This document shows, piece after piece, positions 39,147 through 49,987 of a stretch of DNA of 64,000 bases (the first letter of the stretch is position 1; the number at the start of each line of letters is the position of its first letter). The position numbers and the translations under genes were made by a program. Source of the stretch: Amphiscolops sp. MND2022 (taxonomy: Eukaryota). Below the pieces are notes generated by a model that was not told the origin of the DNA, did not search any database, and saw only the letters and a program-made list of their open reading frames with translations. The stretch is from the NCBI GenBank assembly GCA_964187785.1, contig OZ076417.1, forward strand, positions 20,770,001 through 20,834,000. The letters run 5' to 3'.

Positions 39147-39319
39147 CACTCAACTCTCTTCATAACGATTGCCCGGGGACCGGCGTTTTTAAATCGTTAT
39201 ATCCGAATATTGGTATAGGCGAAAATCGTTATGTACTGGCATTGTGTCCGGGACCGTGGAAATATCGCTATAAACCGGAATATCGTTATAAACGTAATCG
39301 TTATAAACGGAGCTGAGTG
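39147..39319. mobile_element. 173-bp Tc1/mariner-type MITE nested in family B
   Basis: 24-bp imperfect TIR (cactca...ataacgatt); TA TSD; empty site ttcgTAttcgc seen in the copy near 19005. Confidence 0.85.
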
Positions 39320-40124
39320 TATTCGCATTTGAATGCACGCAAAGCTCTCGGCGAACGAATTATTAACACTCGTTCGCTTCATTTCAATAACTCGGCGTAC
39401 GAAAGCATAATTACGTACATTTGCTCGCTTCATATCAATGAATTCGGCGTATGAATGCATAATAACCACTCGCTCGTTTCATCGCACGAGAAACGGATTG
39501 TCGCCGGCAGCTTGAGAAATTTAAATCTCACGCTTATACGCACTGTCGAGAAATCATCTGAATTTTTCAGTAGGTACTTGAATCGCTCAGAAAAGTTGAC
39601 TGAAAAAGTTGCCAAGTTCAGATTTCAATATTATTCCTGTCATCGCAGAAATAATATTGAATCGCGCAAAATTCTTTTACTCCATTCTGTTCCGTGGATA
39701 AGAACGTCTTCGGAAACTTTCGTTTGACTGCCGAAAACGAGCAATGAGATGGTCAATTTTTCATTTGAACTTGCACTACTATGGATTACCACAGCCCATA
39801 ATACAAAATGCTCAAATCAAATTCATCAAACGAGACTTAATTGTGAGAAGTAGAGAAGTTAGCTCCCATTGAAAACTTTTTTTTTTCAGATAATTACGTC
39901 ATAGCCCTTCTGAACTTGTGCTCAATGTCACTATTCAACTTCCAGTTGCATCTTCGTTGCAGACTCGATTTATGCGCACAAATGTTTCGAAAAATAAGCA
40001 CTTAATTTTGAATTGTAAACATTATAATTTGCCCTTTCTAGTTTCTTTCAAGGAATCTTGAAATAAAAGGCTGGGCGTGCCAAATGGAACTCCGAAACAT
40101 TGCATAAAATTTATGATAATGGAG

Positions 40125-40814
40125 AACAAGCCGGGACCGGCCCAAGTCGGCGCCATATCCAAGGCTCAAAAATAGCAAAAAGACTTCCAAGTGTCAAGTA
40201 CTCTTTTACAGTACTGGAAAATCGAAATTTTTTGAAAAATTTTTTTGAAAAAATTACATACTAAAAAAATTGGACCGAGTGGCGCGCCGGGGCTCGCTAC
40301 CGCGAGCCCCTGGCGCGCTAACGTCTCACAATGCCGAAAAACTGAAAGGGGGGACCCTTTGAGGTTTTTCAACATCCATTCTGTCGCAAAGCATGAAAAA
40401 ATTGAAGAAAATTTTTTTTTTATTTTCGGGAAAAAATCTCACAATGCCGAAAAAAACTGAAAGGAGGAATCCTTTGGGATTTTCCAACATCCATTCTGTC
40501 GCAAAACATCAAAAAAAATGCAGGGGGGACCCTTTGAGGGAAAAAAAATTCGAAAAAAAAATTCCGAAAAAAAATGTCTCGCAGTGCCGAAAAAAATTGA
40601 AAGGGGGGACTCTTTGGTCTCTCCCGGTATGGTATGTTACGCGGAAAAACAGGTAAAACCATTTTGGTCCAGTTCGCTAGGCCAAATGGTGCAATTTGAC
40701 ACCATAATATTTTGTAGAACTTTTAAGAACTATTTTGGTCAGTTCGTGTGGATAGAAAAAAAAAAGAGTCACTATAATAGTCGCGTTTCACTTCATGAAG
40801 CGCCGACTAAAAAA
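40125..40814 (-). mobile_element. HINE-like element family A, complete copy
   Basis: Ends aacaagccgggaccggcccaagtcggcgcc and gcgccgactaaaaaa; hairpin variant gccg-gtcc-cggc. Confidence 0.7.
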
Positions 40815-41291
40815 CAGGGATGAGAACCCTCAGGGTATACTATCAGGAAGACAGGTAAAATGAAAGATAACACATTGCGCTTGAAGAAATTACACACACA
40901 CAATCAATCCACACGAAATCACTGACATGAAACTTTCGCTATTGAACAGTTGTTCTCAAAACTCGCTAGATTATCAGCAGTTATTAAGGAGAAAGATAAA
41001 ACTGGCAAGCCACACAGACGAGATAATTAAAACGGTTGGAAAAGAAACTTTAACGGATGTGGGAAACATTCTTCATAAAAAAGGAAACCATTTGGTTCTC
41101 ATTTGAAAAAAAAACACTGATAGAATTCAAACAGTAGTTGGTAAGTGATAGAAGTTTTAAAGGTATCAACTTGGTGATAAAAAAACAGCTGGTGTTCTGA
41201 AACTAGATGATGATTCTCTATCAGCTATAATCAGACAGGACTCTAGAAATGTGAATGAAGTACACCAAAGGTCTGCTGCGTGGTGCCTTAC

Positions 41292-41328
41292 CAATGTCAT
41301 CAAGGCCGGAATACTTCGCTTTCTCACG
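41292..41328 (-). CDS. ANK-NUDT9 gene exon 5
   Basis: tttcag|CGT GAG...ATT G|GTAAGG; 37 nt, phase 0-1 bridges exon 4 and exon 6; REKAKYSGLDDI. Confidence 0.75.
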
Positions 41329-43369
41329 CTGAAAATATTTCATACCTTCAGTCGCAAAAAAAATAAAATGCTGGTAAGTTTATAAGACTTTGAAGTTTGT
41401 TTGAAAATTAAAAAAAACTTCGACAAACCAAATGTTATAACGCCCGAAAAACGGGCCTAAATTGATTATACTGAGTTTTTTAGTCGTCGCGTTTTGTAAG
41501 AAAAGTGCCCGACTATACGACTATTACTACGTGTCTAATTTTTAGTCGGCGCTTTTCCATTAAGGGAAAAATGCCCGACTATAGCAGTGACTGTTTTTAG
41601 TCGGCGCCTTTTCCTTTAAGGAAAAAAGCCCGACTATTACAGTGCTAGTTTTTTTTCGTCAGACCACAGAGCTCATCGCGTATGTACCACTTTTTACAGA
41701 AACTGATAAGACTACTCAGGCCAATGGAAACTTAGTGCAAAGGGTTCCCCCTTTCATTTTTTACCTTTTTTACGTAACCTACAAAACCGGAAGAGACCAA
41801 AGGGTCCCCCTTTCAATTTTTTTTCGGCACTGTGCGAAATTTTTTTCGAAAATTTTTTAAGGTCTCAAAAGAGTCCCCCCTTCGAGTTTTTTGATATTTT
41901 GCAACAGAATGTATGTTAATGAATCCCGAAGGGTCCCCCTTTTTCATTTTTCGGCACTATGCGACATTTTCGAAGTTTTTTTCAAAAAATTTTTCAAAAA
42001 AAAATTCAAATTTTATTTTGTTCCCAGTCGGGAAACAGTGATTTTCCAGTCATATCGAGCATGAAGGGCACACTTTGGGTGTCTCGAAAGTGTTTTTAAA
42101 GCTTTTCATGAATACATCCTGGGCATATTTAGAAAACTCTGCGCTTTTTGAGCCTTAGATATAGCGCCGACTTTAGACGTTCCCGTCTTGTTTTTTCTTC
42201 AGACTACAATCCTCACACTGATCGGTCCACTTTTTAGAAACAATCCTGAAACCAATTGAGGCCAAGTCCGGCCCAGGCAAACTTAGTCCACAGGGTCCCA
42301 CCTTTCATTTTTTACATTTTCAAGGTAACCTACAAAACCGGACGGGACTAAAGAGTCCAGTCCCCCCTTTCGATTTTTTTTCGGCACTGTGCGACTTTTT
42401 TCCGAAATTTTTTTTGTCTCCAAAGGGTCCCCCCTTTCATTTTTTTTACTTTTTTAACGTAACCTACAAAACCGGCCGAGGCAAAAGGGTCCCCCTTTTG
42501 ATTTTTTTTTCGACACTGTGCGACTTTTTTTCGAAAGAAAAAATTTTTCGAAAATTACAAGTTTTTTTCAAAAAAAATGTTTTGCGCTTTTTGAGCCTTA
42601 GATATAGCGCCGACTTTAGACGTTCCCGTCTTGTTTCTAAGATCATAAGGTATGGGAATGTTCCACTTGTCAATGGAATGTGTTCACGCCGCCAGTAGTT
42701 AGGATGGGCGCTTCCAGTAGGTAGACGGCCGTCGGTTTGATGTCTGCAGAGAACTAAATATCTTTGTTTGCAAACTTTGACTTGTCAAAGGGTTCACCTT
42801 TGTGTTTTTTCGGCACTGTGCGACTTTTTCGAAAAAAAATTGCATTTCACAAAAAGGTCCCCTTGGGTTTTTGTATATTTCATCTTCCAAAAAGGCGTTT
42901 TTCAAGACTAAAGGGTTCCATCTTGACGTTTTCCAGCACTGTGCAATTTTTTTTGAAATGGGGTTTTTTGACACATTTGAAAATCTGTGCGTTTCGAGCC
43001 TTAAGCGGGGCGCCGGAATTAGACGTTCGCGCCTGCTTAGTCTTAGTCGCAATGTAAGAATCAGACAGCCACATTGGGCGATTCTGACAATGTATGAGGA
43101 AAGGCCACTTCAAAAGAATTGAGAAAAACACAGGTTGAACGCCTCAAAACTGCTTCAGTGAACAGGAACGAACGATGGTGGAAATATTGAACAATTTTTC
43201 CGTAACATACAGATGGGAGATACCTGCTGCTTGCAAAGTTTTCCATGTTTTTTTCCGTCAGGATACTTCAAGATTCGTGTTTTCCCCGTCACTTTTATAC
43301 ATTTCAACTTAATTTTCTGTGTTTTCATTGGATAAAAACATGATGGTAAAAGGTAAGCTCGTAACTAAC

Positions 43370-43570
43370 CTCCTCAAGCCAAGCATCCCTGGAACTGTGG
43401 CTGTGACGTAACGAGTAGTCCAGGTCAGCGGAGGAAGTAAAAGTAGAGGGGCCGTTCTTCTTAGTCCCCCCACTGCTTAGAATGGGGGGTCTGGCTAAGG
43501 CCTCGAGGAGAACTTCAAGCACGACTGTATTTCTTTCTAGACGGGCTATGTCCATACAGGTTCTTCCGTC
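43370..43570 (-). CDS. ANK-NUDT9 gene exon 4 (last ankyrin repeat plus linker)
   Basis: ttccag|GAC GGA...GAG GAG|GTTAGT; 201 nt, phase 0-0; DGRTCMDIARLERNTVVLEVLL. Confidence 0.85.
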
Positions 43571-44143
43571 CTGGAAATAATGTGATGTGAAAAACTTTGA
43601 TTTTTGATTTCATTCACGCTTTATTGTATAAATGTTTTCATGTTTATTTCTGATGGGACCGTTTTTGACACTGCAAGGCCTGCAGCTTGCAGCGTAATTG
43701 ACACCTTTTCATGACATGTTCCGGACTTTGCCCCTACAGATTCCAAAATTCACATCATGATTATTGACACTATTTTTCACCGAAAAAAAAACATGAAAAA
43801 CCTATCTTAAAAAACAGCAAAAAAGAGCGAGTGTTTTTGGTGCCCAATGCGTTTTTTTTTCAAAGTTCTTTGAGCAGCTAAAATGCCGTTGAAATTGCAG
43901 ACGCAGACACAAAAAGTTGCAATTAGCATTTATTCTAATTCTCAACCAAGTCAGTTTGTACTGGAAAGGCGGTCATGTAGAGGAATATACAACTTCTTGA
44001 AACGAGGGGTTATCAGATCGATGGCCCCCTAACTGACTGAGGTCATGAGGTCAGTTATAATGCACCAACATTTCAATGGAAAAAAACATAGTTGAATCCC
44101 CTACATACAGAATATTTCGTATCGCCAGGCGCCGAACTAAAAA

Positions 44144-44425
44144 CAGTCAACCCCGGTTAATTCGGATCTTCGTTTAATTCGTATGTATCTGAGACCCAGA
44201 TTTCGCGCCGACCAAAGGAATATCATCCGGTTAATTCGTATTTCTCACTATTCGTACTATTTTATTTGGTCCCTAGCGATACGAATTGAACGGATTCCAC
44301 TGTAGTACTAATAATGAGGAATACGAACTAACCGGATGTTATTACTTTGATCGTCGCGAAACGGGGTTCTCGGGTCTCGGGTACATACGAATTAAACGAA
44401 GATCCGAATAAACCGGAGTTGCCTG
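44144..44425. mobile_element. pogo-like MITE plus inverted partial copy; full relative at 56149-56306
   Basis: cagtcaaccccggttaattcggatcttcgtttaattcgtatg...ccactg (44144-44302) followed by its reverse complement (about 44324-44425). Confidence 0.7.
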
Positions 44426-44535
44426 TTATAGTGAGCATACAGTTGATAGCAAACACAGAATCGCCGACGACGGCGGAAACACAGTTGGTTGGGAACAAAC
44501 AAACAAACAAAAGTAGCAGGCAGTTGTACTCACGA

Positions 44536-46375
44536 CAGGGCCCGGATTTATATGAGAAGTTCATAACGCATGTTTTTACGCATATTTGGCCTAAATTTAT
44601 TTTTGCGCATATTTTCATGAACTTAACGCATATTTAGCCAAAATTGACAAGGAATTGGACTGCAGTGACAATTTACTTTCAGGAATGTGTATGTGAGTGT
44701 GACAGATTTCAGTGAGCAAACATTGCGGTTATGTGGTGCCTGTCTGTCTGGCACTGCTTTATTCGTTCTCAGTGTTTACAGTATTGTATTGCCATTTGAT
44801 CTTGCTTACTGTGCATTTGTCCAAGATGCCAAAACACAAATTGCACGGTTCTGACTATGTGAAGACATTGCCTGGTGGTATGCAAAACTGGAATTACGAG
44901 CAATCGAGTAACAAAATTGTTTGCAAGTTATGTGTTAATGGCTTCGATTATTCAGCTTCGAACATTAATTTTCGAGTACACCAGCATATAGATAGCGACA
45001 GGCATAAAAGGCAGTTATCATTAAATGCAAAGAGACAGGATGCGCTTAAGTTTTCGGATGAAACTTCTAACAAATTCTTTGATCATATTACTGAAGCATT
45101 TACCTCAGCAGCTATTCCATTTCACAAACTTCAATGTCGAAAAGTAAAATCCCTGTTGGAGACATGGTCGGGCCAGGCAGCTCCAGACGAGTCTACACTT
45201 CGAAAGAATTATTTGCCGAAACAGTTCAATAAAGTTATATCAGCAATTAAAGAGGCGGTTACTGGGAAAAATTACTACATTATGGTAGACGAAGCGACAG
45301 ACCCCGCAGGTAGATTTTTGGTTGGTGTTTTAATTGGAGTTTTAGACAACGAATTAAAGCCACCAATGCTTTTTAATCTTGCTGAGACTGAGAAAACGGA
45401 TGCTGTAGCCATAAACCAAATAGTTAATTCGAGTCTTTGCTCGATTTTTGACGAGATGGACTATTCAAAATTTCGTTTATTTGTATCAGATGGTGCCAGT
45501 TACATGCTTAAAGCAGGCAAGCTGTTAAAAGGCTTATTCCCGAAACTGCTACACATTACCTGTCTAGCCCACGGTTTAAATCGGCTTGCAGAAAATGTTC
45601 GATCCACAAATTCTGCTACTGATTTTTTCATATCGAAGGTGGCAAAATTATTCTGCAATTGTAGTCGCAGACAACGATTATTCCGAGAATTGACAGGGTT
45701 GCCCTTACCGCCTGTGCCTGTTATCACCAGATGGTCTTCGTGGCTAATTGCAGTGTTTTATTACGCCAAGTATTTTGCCGAATTTCAACAATTTCTGATT
45801 CACTTGGGAAGTGAAGAACCCAATAATTCAGAAATCACGAAAATTTTGGACCTCATGGACAACGCGCTCATGCAAGAAATGGCATTTTTAGTTGCATCTT
45901 TCGATTTTTTACCAGAGGCCATTACGAAGTTACAGGGACGACTGTCGTTGTGTGATCAGTTTGTTATTTTGGAGAAAGTTATTGTCAACGTACAAGGCGA
46001 CAACTATAAAGAGAAACTCGATGCTGTTTTAACCCGAAATCCTGATTTTAAAATTTTGCAAGATTTTGCAAAAATTCTGAGAGGAGAGAGAGTCAGTTCG
46101 GATGTGCCACCACTAGATGCTCCAATTTACCGATATGCACCCCTGGTTTCTGCCGATATAGAGAGAGTTTTCTCAGAAATGGGACAAATTCAAACTCCAC
46201 AAAGAATGTCACTTACCATTGAAAACTTGAAACACCATTTATGTGTCTATTGGTATAATACTGTGTATGAAAACCAATAAATTTTTACGCATATTTTTAC
46301 GCATATTTTAGGATTTTTTACGCATGTTTTTACGCATATTTGGCATATTTTTTACGCATGAAAATCCGGGCCCTG
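44536..46375 (+). mobile_element. Intact 1840-bp autonomous-type hAT transposon (element 1)
   Basis: Perfect 14-bp TIR cagggcccggattt; perfect 8-bp TSD actcacga (44528-44535, 46376-46383); subterminal acgcat(a/g)ttt arrays at both ends. Confidence 0.95.
44826..46280 (+). CDS. hAT transposase, 484 aa, CGGBP-like N-terminal zinc finger
   Basis: CKLC...HIDSDRH zinc finger; catalytic DEATD, SDGASYM, SADIERVFS; CLAH and RW motifs; uninterrupted ORF. Confidence 0.92.
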   Translation: MPKHKLHGSDYVKTLPGGMQNWNYEQSSNKIVCKLCVNGFDYSASNINFRVHQHIDSDRHKRQLSLNAKRQDALKFSDETSNKFFDHITEAFTSAAIPFHKLQCRKVKSLLETWSGQAAPDESTLRKNYLPKQFNKVISAIKEAVTGKNYYIMVDEATDPAGRFLVGVLIGVLDNELKPPMLFNLAETEKTDAVAINQIVNSSLCSIFDEMDYSKFRLFVSDGASYMLKAGKLLKGLFPKLLHITCLAHGLNRLAENVRSTNSATDFFISKVAKLFCNCSRRQRLFRELTGLPLPPVPVITRWSSWLIAVFYYAKYFAEFQQFLIHLGSEEPNNSEITKILDLMDNALMQEMAFLVASFDFLPEAITKLQGRLSLCDQFVILEKVIVNVQGDNYKEKLDAVLTRNPDFKILQDFAKILRGERVSSDVPPLDAPIYRYAPLVSADIERVFSEMGQIQTPQRMSLTIENLKHHLCVYWYNTVYENQ

Positions 46376-46381
46376 ACTCAC

Positions 46382-46483
46382 GAAGTCTCTGATCATGGGA
46401 TCGGCGCCCCCCTTGAGCAGCATGTCTATGATGAGGAGGTTGCCCATCGCCACTGCATCGTGCAAGGCCGTGCGCCCGTCGTC
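46382..46483 (-). CDS. ANK-NUDT9 gene exon 3 (ankyrin repeat)
   Basis: ttccag|GAC GAC...GAC TTC|GTGAGT; 102 nt; DDGRTALHDAVAMGNLLIIDMLLKGGADPMIRD is a canonical ankyrin repeat. Confidence 0.95.
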
Positions 46484-47216
46484 CTGGAATGCAAACCAGT
46501 TAGTTATGAAGAATTTCATGAGGACTCAGGGTTGTTAAATTTTTGAATCAATTTTAAAAAGTTCGAATAATTTGAGTTAATGAATTACTAGGATATTCAA
46601 AGTATAGATTCGCAGTAGCAACATATTCAGCATGCAATTTGAAAATCACGTGATTACATTAGTTAGTTAGTTGGGAAACTTAAGCGTGGAAACAAAGTGA
46701 TCGAGAAGGTGAAGAAGTGGAAATGTTTTGTTTCGATTGTAATTCCAGACGATGCATTGTAATTCTACCAAGTTTTTCCAAGCAGGTCCCAGAATTTCCC
46801 ATATTTTGAAGAAAATTAGCTGTGCACAATATAGTTTTTTGAAATCGCTGATTTTCGCGAATCGCGCTAAACCCCTAATTTCAAAATCGCTATTTCGCTC
46901 AAAAAATTTTGCTTCAAACTATTAAATGTTTGAATTCCAGAATGTTTTAAATGTAAACAATAACTTGATTCAATTTTGCAAGAAAAAAAAACGAGAATTC
47001 TTATACTGTGTGGGTTTGGGTTTTACAGAAGAAGAGTTGGTATTTTTCGAAATCGTCTTAAAACCCCGTGCATTTTCCCAGGAAATTTCGAATTTGCACA
47101 ATATATTAATTGCCTCTAATTTGAATCGTTAATAGAATCGCTGAAAAAATTCTGTGCATCTGCTAATTCGCTAATTAGTGGTGTGAAAACTCTGGTATAT
47201 ATGATACTGTACTCAC

Positions 47217-47351
47217 CAGACTGATTCTATTGGTGTCGACTGAGCCCAGTTCCAGCAGAAACTGCAGCACCCTGTACTGGGAGAACTTGGCGGCTACTCT
47301 GACGGGGGGCCATCCACTGATCGAGTGCTTACCCCCTCGCACGTACACTGC
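47217..47351 (-). CDS. ANK-NUDT9 gene exon 2 (ankyrin repeat)
   Basis: ttctag|GCA GTG...AGT CTG|GTGAGT; 135 nt; GWPPVRVAAKFSQYRVLQFLLELGSVDTN. Confidence 0.88.
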
Positions 47352-48891
47352 CTAGAAGACAAAATTTGCAAAGTGACGGAAACAAAAGTGGAAACACTGA
47401 GCTTGGAACTTGAATGTGCGTGCAGTAGTGAAATTATTAAAAGCAACATAAGGCAAATTTTTTTAATAAAAAGTGATTTTTAACTTAGTGATACAGTTTA
47501 CAATATTTTCGGGAAAAAATATTTGTCAGATTTGAAAAGTGTTCGGGACTGTCATAATTATTTCGAAATCAAGTTAAAGTGGGTCAAAAATTCAAAAAAC
47601 TAAAAATGTTTTCTAAATTGTTCTCGACTAATGAAATGAGTGCGTGAGACCTTATTCAGCCTATGAGATGTGTTTATTTGCTCTTTTTCCGCGTGCAATT
47701 TGTTTTTAGTATAAGCTAAATTAAATTGTATAATAAATGATTTTTCAATGCACCCTAAAGTTTTTCAAGGTAAAGAAAGCACTGTCTTTCATAGTAATTG
47801 TTCGTACGAACAACTAGCTTGATCTTCACTCAGGGTTCGGAAAAAACAAGATACTGAAAAAATCGTGTTTAAAACGTTTAAAACATTAAAATTTTTTGTT
47901 TAAAACATGTTCAAAACTCTAGATCTATCAGAAATACTTTTAACACTAAACAACCTAAAAACTGAGTTTACTCCAGGAAGCGAAAACAGAAAACAAGTTT
48001 GCTGTCGATTTCGTGTTTTGTTGTGGACGAAACCCAGGGTGCTGAAAGCCCAGGGTGTGGACAAAGCTTGGGGAACTTGGAATAAGAACCGGAAGCGCAT
48101 CGGCAATTTTCGTGGTCTTCCGCCAAATTGCACAAGATTACTTGAGTTTTTTTTAGCGATTTTAGGAACTTGAAAATACCTATAACCAAAATAAAAACAA
48201 TTGAACAAAATGAAGGTTTTTGTCGTGTTTAAAACTGTTTAAAACATGTTTAAAACGCGTTTAAAACACGGCATGTTTTAAACATGCGAACCCTGTCTTC
48301 ACTTGCACTTAGCGCAGCAGCTACCTACCACTTTTCGGATTATCGCTACCGCTAGTTACACCTCATATTCAAAAAAATTCCCCATATTTCGCTTTACTTT
48401 TGTTGGATAAAAATTCAGCTTTTCTGAATACCAATAGGTGAACAAAACGCTTCCGCCTGTTTTTCATGAGTTCAGGAACAGCATGAGAGTTTCTTGAATT
48501 TTCGAGCTGCGAACGCTTTTATTCCTTTCACACCATCTGGTTTCACCAACTTCTCAGTTGCCAAATTGAAATGAAAACATGAAAATTTTGTGATTTTACT
48601 GCGGCGATAGCTGAGTTTCGCTTGGCGGTCAAACCACTGGTACAAACAACAAACGCGCATTCTTCAAAATTTGTTACATAGCAGCTTTCGTTGAAGATTT
48701 TGGGATCGGAGAATTGTCCCGAAACCAATCCCCTAAACATGAGCAAAAAACGGATAATGGGGTGGGTAGACATTTTAAATCCACCTTTCATGGTTCTGAT
48801 GCAAAAGTCAAGCATCAAAAAACACCGCATTTTGATCTTCAAATTAAACCCAAATATCCAATAACCTCACAAATGACCTCAAAGGAAAAAA

Positions 48892-49847
48892 AACAAGACG
48901 CCCGCGGACCAGCGGGATATTTTCCGCCCCAAATCTCTTCGAAAAAGACTACTGAACAACAAATTTGTTCCTTGTTGACTCTTTTCAACATTCCAATCTA
49001 CGAAGTCTGTCGAAAATTTGACAAAAATTGCATAAAAAACTTTGAAAATTGGAAAGTTTTGGGTTTTTTGTCATTTTCGGTTTCAATTTGATATATTTTT
49101 CATTTAGAAAACAGTCATTATCTCTTCGGAAAAGCATACTGGACAACGAATTCCTGCCATTCCTGTCACGTTAAGCGTTTTCAACATTCTAATCCACGAA
49201 GTCTATCGAAAATTTGACAAAAATTGCATAAAAACGTTAAAAATCGAAAAATTTTGGAATTTTTAATCATTTTTTTGGTAATTTTTCTTTTAAAAAACCG
49301 CATTTATCTCTTCAGAATACTATTGGACAACGAATTCGTGCCTTGTTGAACGTTTTCAACATTCTAATCCACGATGTTTATCGAAAAAATGACAAAAATT
49401 GCATTAAAACGTTAAAAGTCGAAAAAATTTGGAATTTTTGTCATTTTTTTGGTAATTTTTCTTTTAAAAAACCGCATTTATCTCTTCAGAATACTATTGG
49501 ACAACGAATTCGTGCCTTGTTGAACGTTTTCAACATTCTAATTGACGATGTTTATAGAAAAAATGGCAAAAAATGCATGAAAACGGTGAAAATTGGGAAA
49601 GTTTTGAATTTTTGTCATTTTCGGGGTCATTTTTGGGTCATTATGGGGTCATTTCCGTCATTCCCAAAAAAGTCCAAAAATCTTTACAAATACATATCGC
49701 ATGGAACTAAATTTATGTCAGTTGAATTCTGTGAATGTACTTCTTCATATTACGTAAACAATAATTCTTGGCAAATTTTGTAAAAAAAAACCCGTTTGAT
49801 TTAAATATTTTCCTTTCCCATATGAAATATGGGCGGAAAATAATAAA
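48892..49847 (-). mobile_element. HINE-like element family D with about 173-185-bp internal tandem repeats
   Basis: Perfect 12-bp inverted pair tattttccgccc (48918-48929) / gggcggaaaata (49831-49842); hairpin cccgc-ggacca-gcggg; units start ggacaacgaattc at 49141, 49326, 49499. Confidence 0.65.
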
Positions 49848-49853
49848 ACAAAC

Positions 49854-49987
49854 CTGACAAAGTGCGTCAACAGGTGCACCTCTGGACACGAGAATCTTGA
49901 CTAGGGTCAGGTCGCCATCCGCAGTGGCCCTGCACACATCTGACACGGAGGGAAAGGTCATGTCGCCACAGGTCAAAAGGTCAAGCA
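49854..49987 (-). CDS. ANK-NUDT9 gene first recognisable coding exon (ankyrin repeat)
   Basis: tattag|TG CTT...TGT CAG|GTTTGT; 134 nt; in-frame ATG at 49961; VCRATADGDLTLVKILVSRGAPVD. True 5' end unresolved. Confidence 0.85.

Noticed and set aside
42670-42745. GC-rich segment after ctgcag| reading (x)IKPTAVYLLEAPILTTGGVNTFH*
   Set aside because: The coding-like frame is phase 1 but the upstream donor (43370) is phase 0; in phase 0 it stops after 14 codons. It could be a truncating alternative exon, but this is unsupported.
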